A stretch of DNA of 41,057 nt. It comes from a virus (Duplodnaviria; Caudoviricetes). Location: IMG/VR virus record IMGVR_UViG_3300023076_000006, positions 1 through 41,057 of that record; one strand, 5' to 3'. The translations under genes were made by a program, and so were the position numbers. The notes below the pieces were generated by a model that ran no database searches, was not told where the DNA came from, and saw only the letters and a program-made list of their open reading frames with translations. Shown here piece by piece: positions 7,206 to 17,103 of the stretch. How positions within the stretch are numbered: the first letter of the stretch is position 1; every line of letters begins with the position of its first letter.

Positions 7206-9543
7206 TGGTATTTGTCAGGTATTTGAAATCATGGCCAAGATATTGTTTATTAATTACCGAATTGCTCACCTCCATAAAAAAAGCCTGCCATTCGCACAGG
7301 TGGCTATCGTAGTCATAGTGTAAAAGTAGGAATAAACGGTTGTCCGCATTCGGATGCGTATCGGTTACCAGGTACCGGTTAATCATTGACGGGGGCGGGA
7401 TATCGTGATCAACAGTCCCCTCAAACCGGGACATATTCCGGTTGTACTGGTTCCACACATCATACACCTGTATTTCCCCGAATGGCTTTAAAAATACAGG
7501 ACCGTCCGGCTCTTGTGCTGCATTATAAAACCTTCCGGACAACTGGTAACCAGTACCATTGAACTTTTTTAAAGCGCCTTTAAAAGCAGGGTGTGGGGAA
7601 TCACTTATATATACCACGTCTTTGCGGATATTTCGCGTTGCCACATCCTGCCGGGCAATCTGCCGTTGACCAGTGTATTTCTTATATCCACCATTAATGA
7701 AAGCGCTTAATTCCACCGATACGGATAATATGTAAGTATCCCTGTTCCACCCAGACTGGTGTGACTGGTGTGCCAGTATTTGGATATAACCTTCCACGGG
7801 GATAGCAGGACTTTCTGTGCTTCCGTACAGGGATTCAGATTCTGTCATGTCCCTGGAAATATCCCCTTCAAACCACAGGTATTTATTATTGGTTAAAAAA
7901 TCGCTGTCAGATTCTACCCATAAAAGAGTGTCGCCAATACTTGTTTCCCCCTGAAGCGTCCAGAACGTACCGTCAATACCATACAGACGTACCTGCATCC
8001 CGTTATCCCTGTAAAATCCGGAACCGCTAACATCGGCGCTTAATCTGCGCGACATTGCTACAGTTATTTTATCACCCTTATTCACGGGTATATTACTAGA
8101 TCGTATAAGGTTCGATGAAACTGCCGCATGCGGAATTACAACAAACCGCCTGCGCTCATAGTCATTTACAAAGTACCGGATAATGTTTATAGGCACTGTT
8201 GCGGAAATAAGTCCCGAAGTTGGGAAGTTTTCCCGGTTTTTTTCCCAGCAGTCAAGGTCGTAACTTTTTACCTGGTAGGTTATCTCACCAGGTTCGCCAG
8301 CATCTTCTGTAACATCTGCCAGGTCTGCTACGAAATCTCCGCGTTCAAAATCTATGTTACAAATTATTTCCTGTGGCAGATCGTACTTATAATCCAGCTG
8401 CACCTCTTTATTAAGGCGCTCAATACTTACCTCCTGTCTTTCATCCATCCAGCTGTGTTCAGAACCTATACCCACGCTTTGGGAAAATAGTTCCGTGGTC
8501 TTTTCAATAAATTCCCCGTCGAAGCGCCATTTATAAAACGTATTACTGGCAAGTCCATGCTCCATTTCATCGACACGCATAATCACCCATTCGCCAAGGT
8601 GCTGGGATAAAAAACATTCATTGCCTAAAATACGGGTAATAACATCGTAACAATTTATGCAGGTACCCACATTGTCCTCGAACGTTTTTGTATCTACAAA
8701 CTGGGAGCGCATAAAATGTCCTAACCCGTCGTCGTCGTCATTAAGGTTTGATACGGTTTCTTCCCTTATGTTAAAACACATTTTCAGGTTAAGCTGGTGA
8801 CCTGTCTGATAAAGTGCCCATAAAAGGAAGTCAAGCAGCAGCTGCTCATTTTGAGGCACCATTCCATCCCGGTCGGTCAGGGGAATGTCGGACAAAAAAC
8901 CAAGGCCGTCCACGGCGGTTAAATTAATAATATTTGGGTCGGGTAAAAACTCCTGCCGCAAATCACCAAGGGAAAGCCACCCCACGAAATGCAGCACATC
9001 TTCAATATACCACTCCGCTTTAAAGCGGTTATCGCCACCGTCTGCGAAAGTATTTATGCTTATATCATTACTGCTGAATATTTGTATAGCAAGCTGCTTT
9101 GCACGTATAGGTGTAAATTTATCCTCACTATTATCGATAACAATAACCCTCACGGGGTCATCGGTCATCTCAAGAGTGATAATAGTGTCCTCGCTATTCC
9201 ATGTTATCGGCCCACCGGCAGAAAAATATACAATGAACTGGAAGATATATGCAGGACCAGTTGGCAGTGTAATGGTCTGCGGGTTAGCGATAGTTCCGGC
9301 AACAGTATTCCATGTAACACCCGCATCATCACTCCATACGATAGCCGTGGATGTTGCAGTAGCTGGCAGGGGGTTGAATACAAAAGTAAATAACGTGTTT
9401 GGGCCAACCGGCGTCCCAAAATACTGTATATCGTACGGGTTAGATTCGGTATCGGTAATATCCAGTCTCTTTACCTGCGCGGTAAGTTCGTTGGTAACCG
9501 GGTCTGCTGCCTGATCGGTATATGTGCCACGGTATATTATCAT
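7198..9543 (-). CDS. Tail tip/hub protein
   Basis: 781 aa directly after the tape measure; HFVGWL..LTAVDGLGFL motif common in Bacteroidota siphovirus tail proteins. Confidence 0.65.
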   Translation of the reverse strand: MIIYRGTYTDQAADPVTNELTAQVKRLDITDTESNPYDIQYFGTPVGPNTLFTFVFNPLPATATSTAIVWSDDAGVTWNTVAGTIANPQTITLPTGPAYIFQFIVYFSAGGPITWNSEDTIITLEMTDDPVRVIVIDNSEDKFTPIRAKQLAIQIFSSNDISINTFADGGDNRFKAEWYIEDVLHFVGWLSLGDLRQEFLPDPNIINLTAVDGLGFLSDIPLTDRDGMVPQNEQLLLDFLLWALYQTGHQLNLKMCFNIREETVSNLNDDDDGLGHFMRSQFVDTKTFEDNVGTCINCYDVITRILGNECFLSQHLGEWVIMRVDEMEHGLASNTFYKWRFDGEFIEKTTELFSQSVGIGSEHSWMDERQEVSIERLNKEVQLDYKYDLPQEIICNIDFERGDFVADLADVTEDAGEPGEITYQVKSYDLDCWEKNRENFPTSGLISATVPINIIRYFVNDYERRRFVVIPHAAVSSNLIRSSNIPVNKGDKITVAMSRRLSADVSGSGFYRDNGMQVRLYGIDGTFWTLQGETSIGDTLLWVESDSDFLTNNKYLWFEGDISRDMTESESLYGSTESPAIPVEGYIQILAHQSHQSGWNRDTYILSVSVELSAFINGGYKKYTGQRQIARQDVATRNIRKDVVYISDSPHPAFKGALKKFNGTGYQLSGRFYNAAQEPDGPVFLKPFGEIQVYDVWNQYNRNMSRFEGTVDHDIPPPSMINRYLVTDTHPNADNRLFLLLHYDYDSHLCEWQAFFMEVSNSVINKQYLGHDFKYLTNTNE

Positions 9544-11678
9544 CGTGCCCCTGCCCTCCCCTGGCTGCGCGATGTACGCGCCTGAACTAGCAGAAGGTCA
9601 TTGCCACGAATGCGGCTGCTTAACACAGTGCGGCCACCGTTACCCACATCAGATAAGAGCCCTCGCAGCTGATCGAGCGGCGCTATAACTTCAGGGTTAT
9701 TTCGGTTGGTTCCCGCACCTTCACCCACAAGCCCCAATGTGGGGCCGAATACCAATCCCCCGGATGCGAACCCCTTAACGCCGCCGGATAAAGCGCCTTT
9801 AAGCGCAGCTCCCGCCGCAACTAAAGCGGTACCCGCAAGTAAGGCTAGTCCCGGGTTTGCAAACAAAGATTTAAGCGCTTCTTTGGCAAGCAGAGCCGCA
9901 AGACCTATACCGATGATCTGTTTACCAAGGGCAGAAATAGCGTCGCCCAATGAGCCTGCAAACGCCCTGAATGCATCCCCAATATCACCACCGGACAGGG
10001 CGGTACCAATTGCCTCCCCTAATGATGATAACCCGCTGACAGAAATACCCTTTATACCTTCATCTATAGCTTGGGAAATTTGTACAGCAAATTCAGCATC
10101 TTTAAGAGCAGTTGATATGCCTTTTCCATCTTTTAGCCCTTTTGTAGCTGAAGAAATAAAAACGGAAGCATACCTTTTGCCGAAAGACTGGGCCGCATCA
10201 TCAATTGTTTTTGCATCTATAAGCGTAAAATCGTTAACAGGCTGTATTCTAAAATCGTTTTTAAAATACTTATTCATATCCTGGCCAAACAAAAAACCAA
10301 GGTCTCTGACTTCAGCCTGTATTTCTGCAGGAGCAGAAGTAAGGTCAATAGAAGTTGGTATATTAATCTTTAACGCTCCGAAGTTGGTAAAGAATTTTTT
10401 GATATCAGAAATTATTTTTTTCGCCTTAACCAGCTTCTCGCCTTTAGTATCAAGTTCGCTGAATGTTGGTAATACCGAAAGGAATATTGGCTTTTTAGGG
10501 TCTGCAAATTCAGCGAGCAGGCGTTTGGCATGGTTAATAATATCGTTTGTGCCATCCTTTACTTTCTTAACGGTCTCCGGTTTTATAAGATCGTTAAAAG
10601 TAACCCCTAAAAGGCGTGCCTGCCGGTTCAGTATTTCTATATTCTGCCCGGTGTCATTTATATCCTTATCAATATTAGCAAGATTCTGAAGCGCTACAGG
10701 TATCTCTACGTTCCCGCCAGCTTTTTTCAACCGGTTTACAACAGCTATGGTTTTAGTTCCGGCATCGGTAAGTTCCTTTATATCAGCAAACGGGTTGGAT
10801 TGTTTTAATAATTCCAGTCTCTTTTTGACAAGCGCTTCTAATAACTTTTGTACCTCAACATTTTTTTTATCAAAAAGAAACTGTGTCACTGCCTGGTTAA
10901 CGATACTTTTTGATAAACCGTCAAACCCTTCAGCTGTGCTTGTTAATGCCTCACGCACCTCTCTTAGGTCACGGGCATGGGATAGTAAAGTAGCAGATGC
11001 AGCCGCAATAGCTGCGTTATATGCATCTGTTTTTTCCTTTGTGTCTTTTATCTTATCGGTGAGGGTTGTAAAATCAGGGATGGCTTGCTTTGCGCTGCTT
11101 CCTAAGCCTACCAGCGCGGCACCCACCTGGAATATGCCACTAACTAAAGTAGATACACCAAGCCCAGGCAGTATAGCCGCTATGCGATACAATCCGGCTA
11201 ATGCCTTTTGTCCGCTGGAACCTAAATTACTTAATGAAAAACTTGCTGCGCTGATTTGAACATTGGCAACCTGCGTGGACTTTGCTGTTTTGTCAATCGC
11301 CCGCCCGAACTGGTCAAAACTGACCTTACCGGTATTTGCTAAATGCTGCGCCTGAAATTCCAGGTATGAAATTTCTTTATTTAGCTGCCTTATTTTATTG
11401 ACATCTGTTTCTGTATTCAGAAAGGATTTTCGCGCCCCTATCCTTGCGTTAAGGTCTTCAATTGACCCCTCAAAGATGTTTATATCACGCGTTGCTTTTC
11501 GTGCGGAAGTTCCGGCATCTTTTATTTTTTCCCCGAAATTATCAAAAGATTTGCCTGACCCATTTACCTTATCAGCAATGCTTCCAAAACTGCTATCAAC
11601 CTTATCCTCCAGTTTCCCTATGCCCGTAATAGCCTGCTGTACATCAGCCCCTACTTGTATATTAAGACCCTGTGCCAT
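9540..11678 (-). CDS. Tape measure protein
   Basis: Ala/Gly/Leu-rich helical 712 aa, N-terminal LNIQVGAD, C-terminal FASGGLVFGPTLGLVGE..NPEVIAPL; follows the chaperone pair. Confidence 0.9.
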   Translation of the reverse strand: MAQGLNIQVGADVQQAITGIGKLEDKVDSSFGSIADKVNGSGKSFDNFGEKIKDAGTSARKATRDINIFEGSIEDLNARIGARKSFLNTETDVNKIRQLNKEISYLEFQAQHLANTGKVSFDQFGRAIDKTAKSTQVANVQISAASFSLSNLGSSGQKALAGLYRIAAILPGLGVSTLVSGIFQVGAALVGLGSSAKQAIPDFTTLTDKIKDTKEKTDAYNAAIAAASATLLSHARDLREVREALTSTAEGFDGLSKSIVNQAVTQFLFDKKNVEVQKLLEALVKKRLELLKQSNPFADIKELTDAGTKTIAVVNRLKKAGGNVEIPVALQNLANIDKDINDTGQNIEILNRQARLLGVTFNDLIKPETVKKVKDGTNDIINHAKRLLAEFADPKKPIFLSVLPTFSELDTKGEKLVKAKKIISDIKKFFTNFGALKINIPTSIDLTSAPAEIQAEVRDLGFLFGQDMNKYFKNDFRIQPVNDFTLIDAKTIDDAAQSFGKRYASVFISSATKGLKDGKGISTALKDAEFAVQISQAIDEGIKGISVSGLSSLGEAIGTALSGGDIGDAFRAFAGSLGDAISALGKQIIGIGLAALLAKEALKSLFANPGLALLAGTALVAAGAALKGALSGGVKGFASGGLVFGPTLGLVGEGAGTNRNNPEVIAPLDQLRGLLSDVGNGGRTVLSSRIRGNDLLLVQARTSRSQGRAGAR

Positions 11679-12016
11679 TGATTGATTTTTTACGGGCTTC
11701 CATTTCCCTGAATTTTTTTAGGGTTTCCTGTGCCTTATCCATTGCTGACCCTTTTTTATCCCTGTACGGTGGAAAGAACTTATTAAAGGACTGCGCCAGT
11801 TTTTTATTATTTCCTGCACCAACAACAGCGTTAGCCAGTCTCCGGGTTAATTCGTAATGTATTTCATCCTGACACCCCAGTTCTTCTATCGCAAGTAGCA
11901 AATCACGGACTGTGTAATAGCCAAGTTCCCGTATGCTAATCCCTAATCTTGCGAAGGCGATTCCACGGATCCGGTCACATTCTTTTCTTCCGTCGGCTGC
12001 TGTAAACTTTTTTTTT
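11662..12016 (-). CDS. Tail assembly chaperone gpGT C-terminal part (reached by -1 frameshift)
   Basis: The -1 frame is open from the A9 slip site to stop 11662: KKFTAADGRKECDRIRGIAFARLGISIRELGYYTVRDLLLAIEE... Confidence 0.8.
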
Positions 12017-12368
12017 GCTCTTTGTTACGATCAATAGCCGCCTTCATATCATTACTGCTCACCCACGCCTCAATAACTTCCCTGACCTTTGCCAGGCCAT
12101 CTTCACCCGACATGGAAGATAACTGTTTCGAAAAGTCCTCCACTTCGTAAACCGCTTCCACATCTTTATTGATACAGTTATTAATATAACCGCTGTAGAT
12201 AATCTTTGCAATACCCGCGGGCTTTACTTCGCCGTTTTCCGTGAACATTAAAGCCCTGTTCTTATCGGTTATAATCATCTCGTATGATATGTAACCGAAT
12301 TTTAACGTAACATCAATGAACGGCTGTTCGGGGTTTCCCGAAGGCATAGGAAAATTTACGTAACTCAT
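11943..12368 (-). CDS. Tail assembly chaperone gpG
   Basis: Between the tail tube and TMP genes; slippery A9 near its end. Confidence 0.8.
   Translation of the reverse strand: MSYVNFPMPSGNPEQPFIDVTLKFGYISYEMIITDKNRALMFTENGEVKPAGIAKIIYSGYINNCINKDVEAVYEVEDFSKQLSSMSGEDGLAKVREVIEAWVSSNDMKAAIDRNKEQKKSLQQPTEEKNVTGSVESPSQD
12007..12016 (-). promoter_or_regulatory. Programmed -1 ribosomal frameshift site (CAA AAA AAA AG)
   Basis: A AAA AAA heptamer in the zero frame of gpG; -1 frame joins ORF 11662..11901. Confidence 0.8.
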
Positions 12369-12399
12369 GTTTTTATGTCGCCCTTACCGGGCAGGTTAA

Positions 12400-12858
12400 T
12401 TAGCTTTCGTCGTCGTACTCACCCAGCACGCCTGTAGTGGTAAATGTCCAGTCGAAGGTGGCCCCCTCGTTCGGATCTGCCGCTGCATTATAAGTCACCT
12501 CGGTAAAGAAGCCGGAACCTATGTGCTCAATAGCCTCCCCTTCGGTAATACCATTGGCGGTATCCTCTTCGTTATAGTAATTATAGTCTAGTTTCTGGCC
12601 ATCCTTAATCCATTGCACCACATCCTGGTAGCTTACTTCAGAACCAGTAGGAACAATATTTTGAACGGCGGTTCCGGAAGCCACCGCATCAGGATCGGAT
12701 ACCGATGTTTTCGGGCCGCAGTTTGTTTTTTTTGTGGTTACCTCCGTGGTAATCTGGAACTGCGAGCTTTCAGTACATACAAGTGTTTTGAAAGCAGCAT
12801 CAGAACCATTTTCCCGGACCCGGAGATTAATAAATTTACCACCAATTTCTTTAGACAT
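12400..12858 (-). CDS. Major tail tube protein
   Basis: LVCTESS..KKTNCG..ASGTAV..GFFTEV..FDWTFTTTG; canonical position. Confidence 0.8.
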   Translation of the reverse strand: MSKEIGGKFINLRVRENGSDAAFKTLVCTESSQFQITTEVTTKKTNCGPKTSVSDPDAVASGTAVQNIVPTGSEVSYQDVVQWIKDGQKLDYNYYNEEDTANGITEGEAIEHIGSGFFTEVTYNAAADPNEGATFDWTFTTTGVLGEYDDES

Positions 12859-12877
12859 GGCTGTTAGGTTTTAAAGA

Positions 12878-13297
12878 TTATAATTGTTCCACCCTGTGAA
12901 CGTTTCTTGTTATAAGCCTCCGTATGCGGTTTACGCCGTCATCTTCGCTTAAATATGTTGAATCACGACGCTGTACCGAAGTGATCTGTATGCCTGGTTG
13001 TGCCGGTAGCCTGTGCTGCCGCGGAGATGAATAAAGGAGCCCGCAAATCTGCTCATCATAATCGCCCGCCTTTGAATCATCAATTATGGTCTTGAACTTT
13101 GTAACAATCTCGGTAACAATTACCGGGCTGCTGATAAATTTATGGTTATTCCCCGTATCGGTATCACTCTCCACTCTCAATAAAATATAGTCGCCTTCAA
13201 CACTTGCCGGTACATCTTCCCTGAAAACAGGCAGCGTATGGTTGCCGTTAAGCAATTCAAACCACGCATTCATAACCCTGTTTGTTACGTTGATCAT
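12878..13297 (-). CDS. Tail terminator/completion protein (DUF3168-like)
   Basis: Size, synteny, PVF..VP..YILL motif. Confidence 0.7.
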   Translation of the reverse strand: MINVTNRVMNAWFELLNGNHTLPVFREDVPASVEGDYILLRVESDTDTGNNHKFISSPVIVTEIVTKFKTIIDDSKAGDYDEQICGLLYSSPRQHRLPAQPGIQITSVQRRDSTYLSEDDGVNRIRRLITRNVHRVEQL

Positions 13298-13929
13298 ACC
13301 GTTACTATCTTTGGTCTCGTATCGCCCGGCAATGTTACTTTAACCCGTGACCTCCTGGCAATAGCTGCCTCTACATTTCTTATAAATTGCGGCCACACAA
13401 TGTGCATCTGCTTAAAAAAGAAAGGATGCGGTTTAATGCCATTTTTTAAAATACTAAGGGCTATCGGCCACGCTGCACTATAATCCTCTGCGTACTGGTT
13501 TACCTTCGTCCCCTTTCTTCGTCTTGTTTTCACACTGTATGTGCCTGTAATTCCTTTTCTCCTGACCCACCTAACAATAGCCCGTAGCAGGTCCATGAAA
13601 TCACCACCCTTGTATCCTTTAAACTGCGCTGCTATCTCTTCTGTACCCGGTATCGGCTGATACCTTCCCTTAGTTCCGAACTCCATAAACGGGGCGTAAA
13701 ACACCTGTGCCGAAACAGAGTAGGAGATGCCGTGCGACGTACTTGCCTTAAAGTACGATATCGCTTGTCGCAAAGCCGCCTGGTCAGCAGGAGCATCTTT
13801 TTTAGCAAGGCTTACCCACTCCTGCGCTGCCGTCTGTAGTTCCCCGTCCACGATTACCGGAAGCTCTTTCACCATGGAGGCAAACTCTGCTTTAAGCCCT
13901 GCTACCCCGGTAATCTTAACCTTAATCAT
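13294..13929 (-). CDS. HK97 gp10-like neck/tail-completion protein
   Basis: AKKDAPAD..LRQAI, YAPFMEFGT, GIKPHPFF motifs. Confidence 0.85.
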   Translation of the reverse strand: MIKVKITGVAGLKAEFASMVKELPVIVDGELQTAAQEWVSLAKKDAPADQAALRQAISYFKASTSHGISYSVSAQVFYAPFMEFGTKGRYQPIPGTEEIAAQFKGYKGGDFMDLLRAIVRWVRRKGITGTYSVKTRRRKGTKVNQYAEDYSAAWPIALSILKNGIKPHPFFFKQMHIVWPQFIRNVEAAIARRSRVKVTLPGDTRPKIVTV

Positions 13930-14248
13930 CTGACTTTGCCGAAGCTGTTAAGCGGTAATAAAATTTTTTTTCATCCACGCGCTGTATCTCTGTTACTGTC
14001 CACAGTTTGTTATTGTACTTTATGCGCCAGTTACAATCCGGGAACCGGTCAAACCGAAATCTTATCAAAAAGCTTTTAGTGCTGCCCAGCTGCGTCTGCC
14101 CGTTCTGGTAAGCCCGGAAGCCGCTGGGGTTATCCACCTCTGCCCACGTATTAGCCCTGTACTGAACCGCCTCTATATTACTGCCTGAAGCATTCTGCTC
14201 ACTCTTATACGCCTCTACCTGTACCGGTTTTCGGTTACCTATCCCCAT
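13922..14248 (-). CDS. Head closure/head-tail adaptor (SPP1 gp16-like)
   Basis: 108 aa, WAEV, FLIRF, RIKY pattern; synteny. Confidence 0.75.
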   Translation of the reverse strand: MGIGNRKPVQVEAYKSEQNASGSNIEAVQYRANTWAEVDNPSGFRAYQNGQTQLGSTKSFLIRFRFDRFPDCNWRIKYNNKLWTVTEIQRVDEKKFYYRLTASAKSDD

Positions 14249-15027
14249 GCCCTTCCCGCAACAATATACGGCCTCGCTATTTGTGCAGCACGTCCATTTG
14301 GGTTGGGTGGAAGGTCGTCGCCCCTGAACTCATAATGGTCGGCTACATACGCCTTTATTGCATTGGTAACCCACGGCGGGAAAGTCGTCATACCCGCCTC
14401 ATAGGTCGCTGTAACTTCTCCATAATAGCAAGTCTTAACGCGCGTACCCTGCAGCGTTGGTGTAACAATATCGCCACAAGTAGTGAATACCGCAGATCCG
14501 ATAACCGGACCCGGTATACGCTGACCACCTGCCTGATTTGAGAAAATAACGGTTAGTTGGCGGGGTACGATAATAAGCCCGGTATATTTTTCAAGCCACA
14601 TACGCGCCTCGGTGATCATCGACAAAATGAGATTATCATCAAAGCTAAAAGCATCAGCACTGGCATTCCCCGATTGTGTGCCGTAAATAATACCTATTTC
14701 TTCGCCACCTGATACCCCTGCATTTAAAAAAGACACAATACCGTTTTCACTATCGTAGGTGAAATTCCTGTTACCTACCGTATCAGCCTTAGTGTAAGTC
14801 AGACCTTCCCTTGTGAGGGACAGGATAACGATGTTTTCAGGTACCGTTATCGCTGTCTCTCCCGATGGAAGGGTTATAATTAAAGGTTCTTGTGCGATAA
14901 TACCGCTTACCTCCGCATCATTTCCTTCGAGACGTAAATAGTCCTTGACTTCCTGAAGCGTAACGGGCTCTTCAGCCTCGCCGCTGCCATAGTCCTCATC
15001 TACGTTTATGATGCGGTTAATGGTCAT
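14239..15027 (-). CDS. Head-tail connector (HK97 gp6-like) with ~90-aa internal insertion
   Basis: EPVTLQEVKDYLRL ... DDNLILSMITEAR..LEKYTG ... YEAG..P..V..AIK..VADHYEFR; the N-terminal helices are split by an extra domain. Confidence 0.8.
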   Translation of the reverse strand: MTINRIINVDEDYGSGEAEEPVTLQEVKDYLRLEGNDAEVSGIIAQEPLIITLPSGETAITVPENIVILSLTREGLTYTKADTVGNRNFTYDSENGIVSFLNAGVSGGEEIGIIYGTQSGNASADAFSFDDNLILSMITEARMWLEKYTGLIIVPRQLTVIFSNQAGGQRIPGPVIGSAVFTTCGDIVTPTLQGTRVKTCYYGEVTATYEAGMTTFPPWVTNAIKAYVADHYEFRGDDLPPNPNGRAAQIARPYIVAGRAWG

Positions 15028-16427
15028 TAAGACTGGTCTGCGTCCGTTCCTTTAATGAAGTAATCGGCACCATACACAGGAAGTGCAATTGTTTCTTCAA
15101 TACGTACAGTAACCTTATTTTCGCGAACGTTTGTACCGTCCTGCTCGAAGAACTCAATACGCATGTTTTCCTGTATCATAAGATCGGCACCATCTGTCCA
15201 GTCACCTACAAAGAAGTCACCAGCGGTAACAGCCGTAGACGGAAGTACAGGAACGCCAGAGATGTACAGCTGATCGCCTATGTAAACAAAGTTTCTTGGT
15301 AAGTCATACTCACCAGATCCGCCTGCTTTATTTTTAAAGAAATTGTAATAGGCTGCAGGACGAACCAGTATGCCGGTAGCATAACGCTCGTTGGTATCTT
15401 CCAGTTGGGAAAGTGCTGATATCAGTTCTTCTTCCAGATCACCCCCGCCGCCAGAATATGCGGTAAAGTTACCGGCTGTTCCAATACCTTTGATGTTAGG
15501 AGTGTTTCCATCACCGTAAAGTATCTGTGCATCTTCAACACGTAACAGGCGTTCAGGCAAACGGTTTTGTAAATAACCGATAAAGCCGGGAATATTGTTC
15601 ATGGCTTTCCTTGTTACACGAAGCCAACCCGCAATAGTTTCGAAGTTCACAGTCGCCTCTATCAGATCAAGATCGATCTGTGGTTTGGTAGCACCTTCAG
15701 CAACAGGTGCAATTGCACCCTCCCCCGTTCCGTTTTCCTTCATAAAGGTGTATGTATTACCCGGTCCGGCCTGTATTACATTCAGTAACGAGCGAATGTG
15801 GCGCCGCCTGGTGGGTCCGTTAATAATCTGTGGGGCGAACTGCGCACCATAACGAGAACCACCAGTAACATTTCCTGTAGTTACATCACCCACTGCTTTG
15901 GTGTCAATACCTTTCAGTTCAATGATCAGCGATTTTTTTTCTTTACGCGCAAATTTATTGATATCGTCGGTTGCTTCCGTCATTGTTTCAGCAAGCACAT
16001 CGCCGAAAGATTTCAGGCGTTGGTCACCTGTGCTCCGATCGGGGTTCTTTACAAACGCATCGATTACTGGCTGGTTAGCGTCAGCAGCAGCTTTAAGGGC
16101 TATGATCGTTTCCTCGAGGGACTTTATTTTATCAAGCGTGGGTTGATCCGGTTTACCGGCATTCGCTTTAAGCGTGGTTACTTCCTCGCTTAAAGATTTT
16201 ATTTCTGCAATCACAAGCTCTTTCGCTTTCACAGTGAGCTTCCCCTCCAGAGCCGTTTCCAGGGATTTTAATTTAATGTTCAGCTTCTCTGCTTCATCGT
16301 CGTCTCCATCGGATTTGTAAGCCGCACCATGAAAAGAGCCGGTGTAACCGTGACGGGTACGGCGGGAGATAATTTTAGGAAGATTCGATTTCGTCGTATT
16401 GGCGAAATGCAAGTAGGTTTTTTTCAT
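15027..16427 (-). CDS. Major capsid protein, HK97 fold (with delta/scaffold domain); start likely ATG 16427
   Basis: VAEGATKP, IAGWLRVT, EDAQILYGDG, GVPVL, GDFFVGDW, NKVTVRIEE; N-terminal coiled coil. Confidence 0.93.
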   Translation of the reverse strand: MKKTYLHFANTTKSNLPKIISRRTRHGYTGSFHGAAYKSDGDDDEAEKLNIKLKSLETALEGKLTVKAKELVIAEIKSLSEEVTTLKANAGKPDQPTLDKIKSLEETIIALKAAADANQPVIDAFVKNPDRSTGDQRLKSFGDVLAETMTEATDDINKFARKEKKSLIIELKGIDTKAVGDVTTGNVTGGSRYGAQFAPQIINGPTRRRHIRSLLNVIQAGPGNTYTFMKENGTGEGAIAPVAEGATKPQIDLDLIEATVNFETIAGWLRVTRKAMNNIPGFIGYLQNRLPERLLRVEDAQILYGDGNTPNIKGIGTAGNFTAYSGGGGDLEEELISALSQLEDTNERYATGILVRPAAYYNFFKNKAGGSGEYDLPRNFVYIGDQLYISGVPVLPSTAVTAGDFFVGDWTDGADLMIQENMRIEFFEQDGTNVRENKVTVRIEETIALPVYGADYFIKGTDADQS

Positions 16428-16440
16428 AAACCGAGTTTGT

Positions 16441-17103
16441 TTAAAGTGATTTAATAAAAGTGTCAATGACACTTATCGCTTTATTCGGCTTATGCTCGTA
16501 AGTGGATTGTTCCGGCTCCTTGCTAAGTGAACGTATTGATTTCAAATGTAATTCTATTTCCTTGAATTTTTCATCAGAAAAGTTACCTTTTTTTAATTTT
16601 AATTCCAACCAGTCGATTTCTTCTATCAAATCTGACTTGGATTTAATTCCGAGCATTGGCGTTTTTTCGTTGGCTCCCCAATTTGTCAGAGTTGAGTATT
16701 CCCATAGTTTCCACTCGTATACTTCTCGCACATCACCAACCATCTTCTCCTTTTTAGCTTCAAGTCCAACGGAATGTTCCAAGGATCTTCCGTATTCCGC
16801 ATACAGTTTATAATCCTCGTAAACGTCTTTACTCAACTGTTTCTTTATATTCAGTTGCCCAAGTATTTCAAGATATGCCGACGATTGCTTGCCCTCAATA
16901 GGAACACCTAGCAATAAAGTTGTGTCATGGTTTAAAAACCAGCGAACCCGATTAAAGTTTTCCTTCAGCGTCTTATTAAAAGAGCCGTCCATGGACCGGT
17001 CTTTGTCGCTATCCACATTTCCAATAGCATTAGCTGCTACCAACACACGGCCTTTTTCATCTACATCTTTTATCTGGCTGTCAAAATTTTTATACTGCTT
17101 CAT
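16441..17103 (-). CDS. HK97-type prohead protease (peptidase S78)
   Basis: GNVDSDKD..GSFNKTL, FLNHD, HSVG, LWEYSTLT.WGAN. Confidence 0.9.
   Translation of the reverse strand: MKQYKNFDSQIKDVDEKGRVLVAANAIGNVDSDKDRSMDGSFNKTLKENFNRVRWFLNHDTTLLLGVPIEGKQSSAYLEILGQLNIKKQLSKDVYEDYKLYAEYGRSLEHSVGLEAKKEKMVGDVREVYEWKLWEYSTLTNWGANEKTPMLGIKSKSDLIEEIDWLELKLKKGNFSDEKFKEIELHLKSIRSLSKEPEQSTYEHKPNKAISVIDTFIKSL

Noticed and set aside
8128-9514. + strand ORFs opposite the tail hub gene
   Set aside because: Shadows of a well-supported minus-strand gene.
9706-11685. Long + strand ORFs (327, 170, 95 aa) opposite the tape measure gene
   Set aside because: Antisense shadows from the codon bias of the Ala/Gly-rich TMP; no protein-like motifs.
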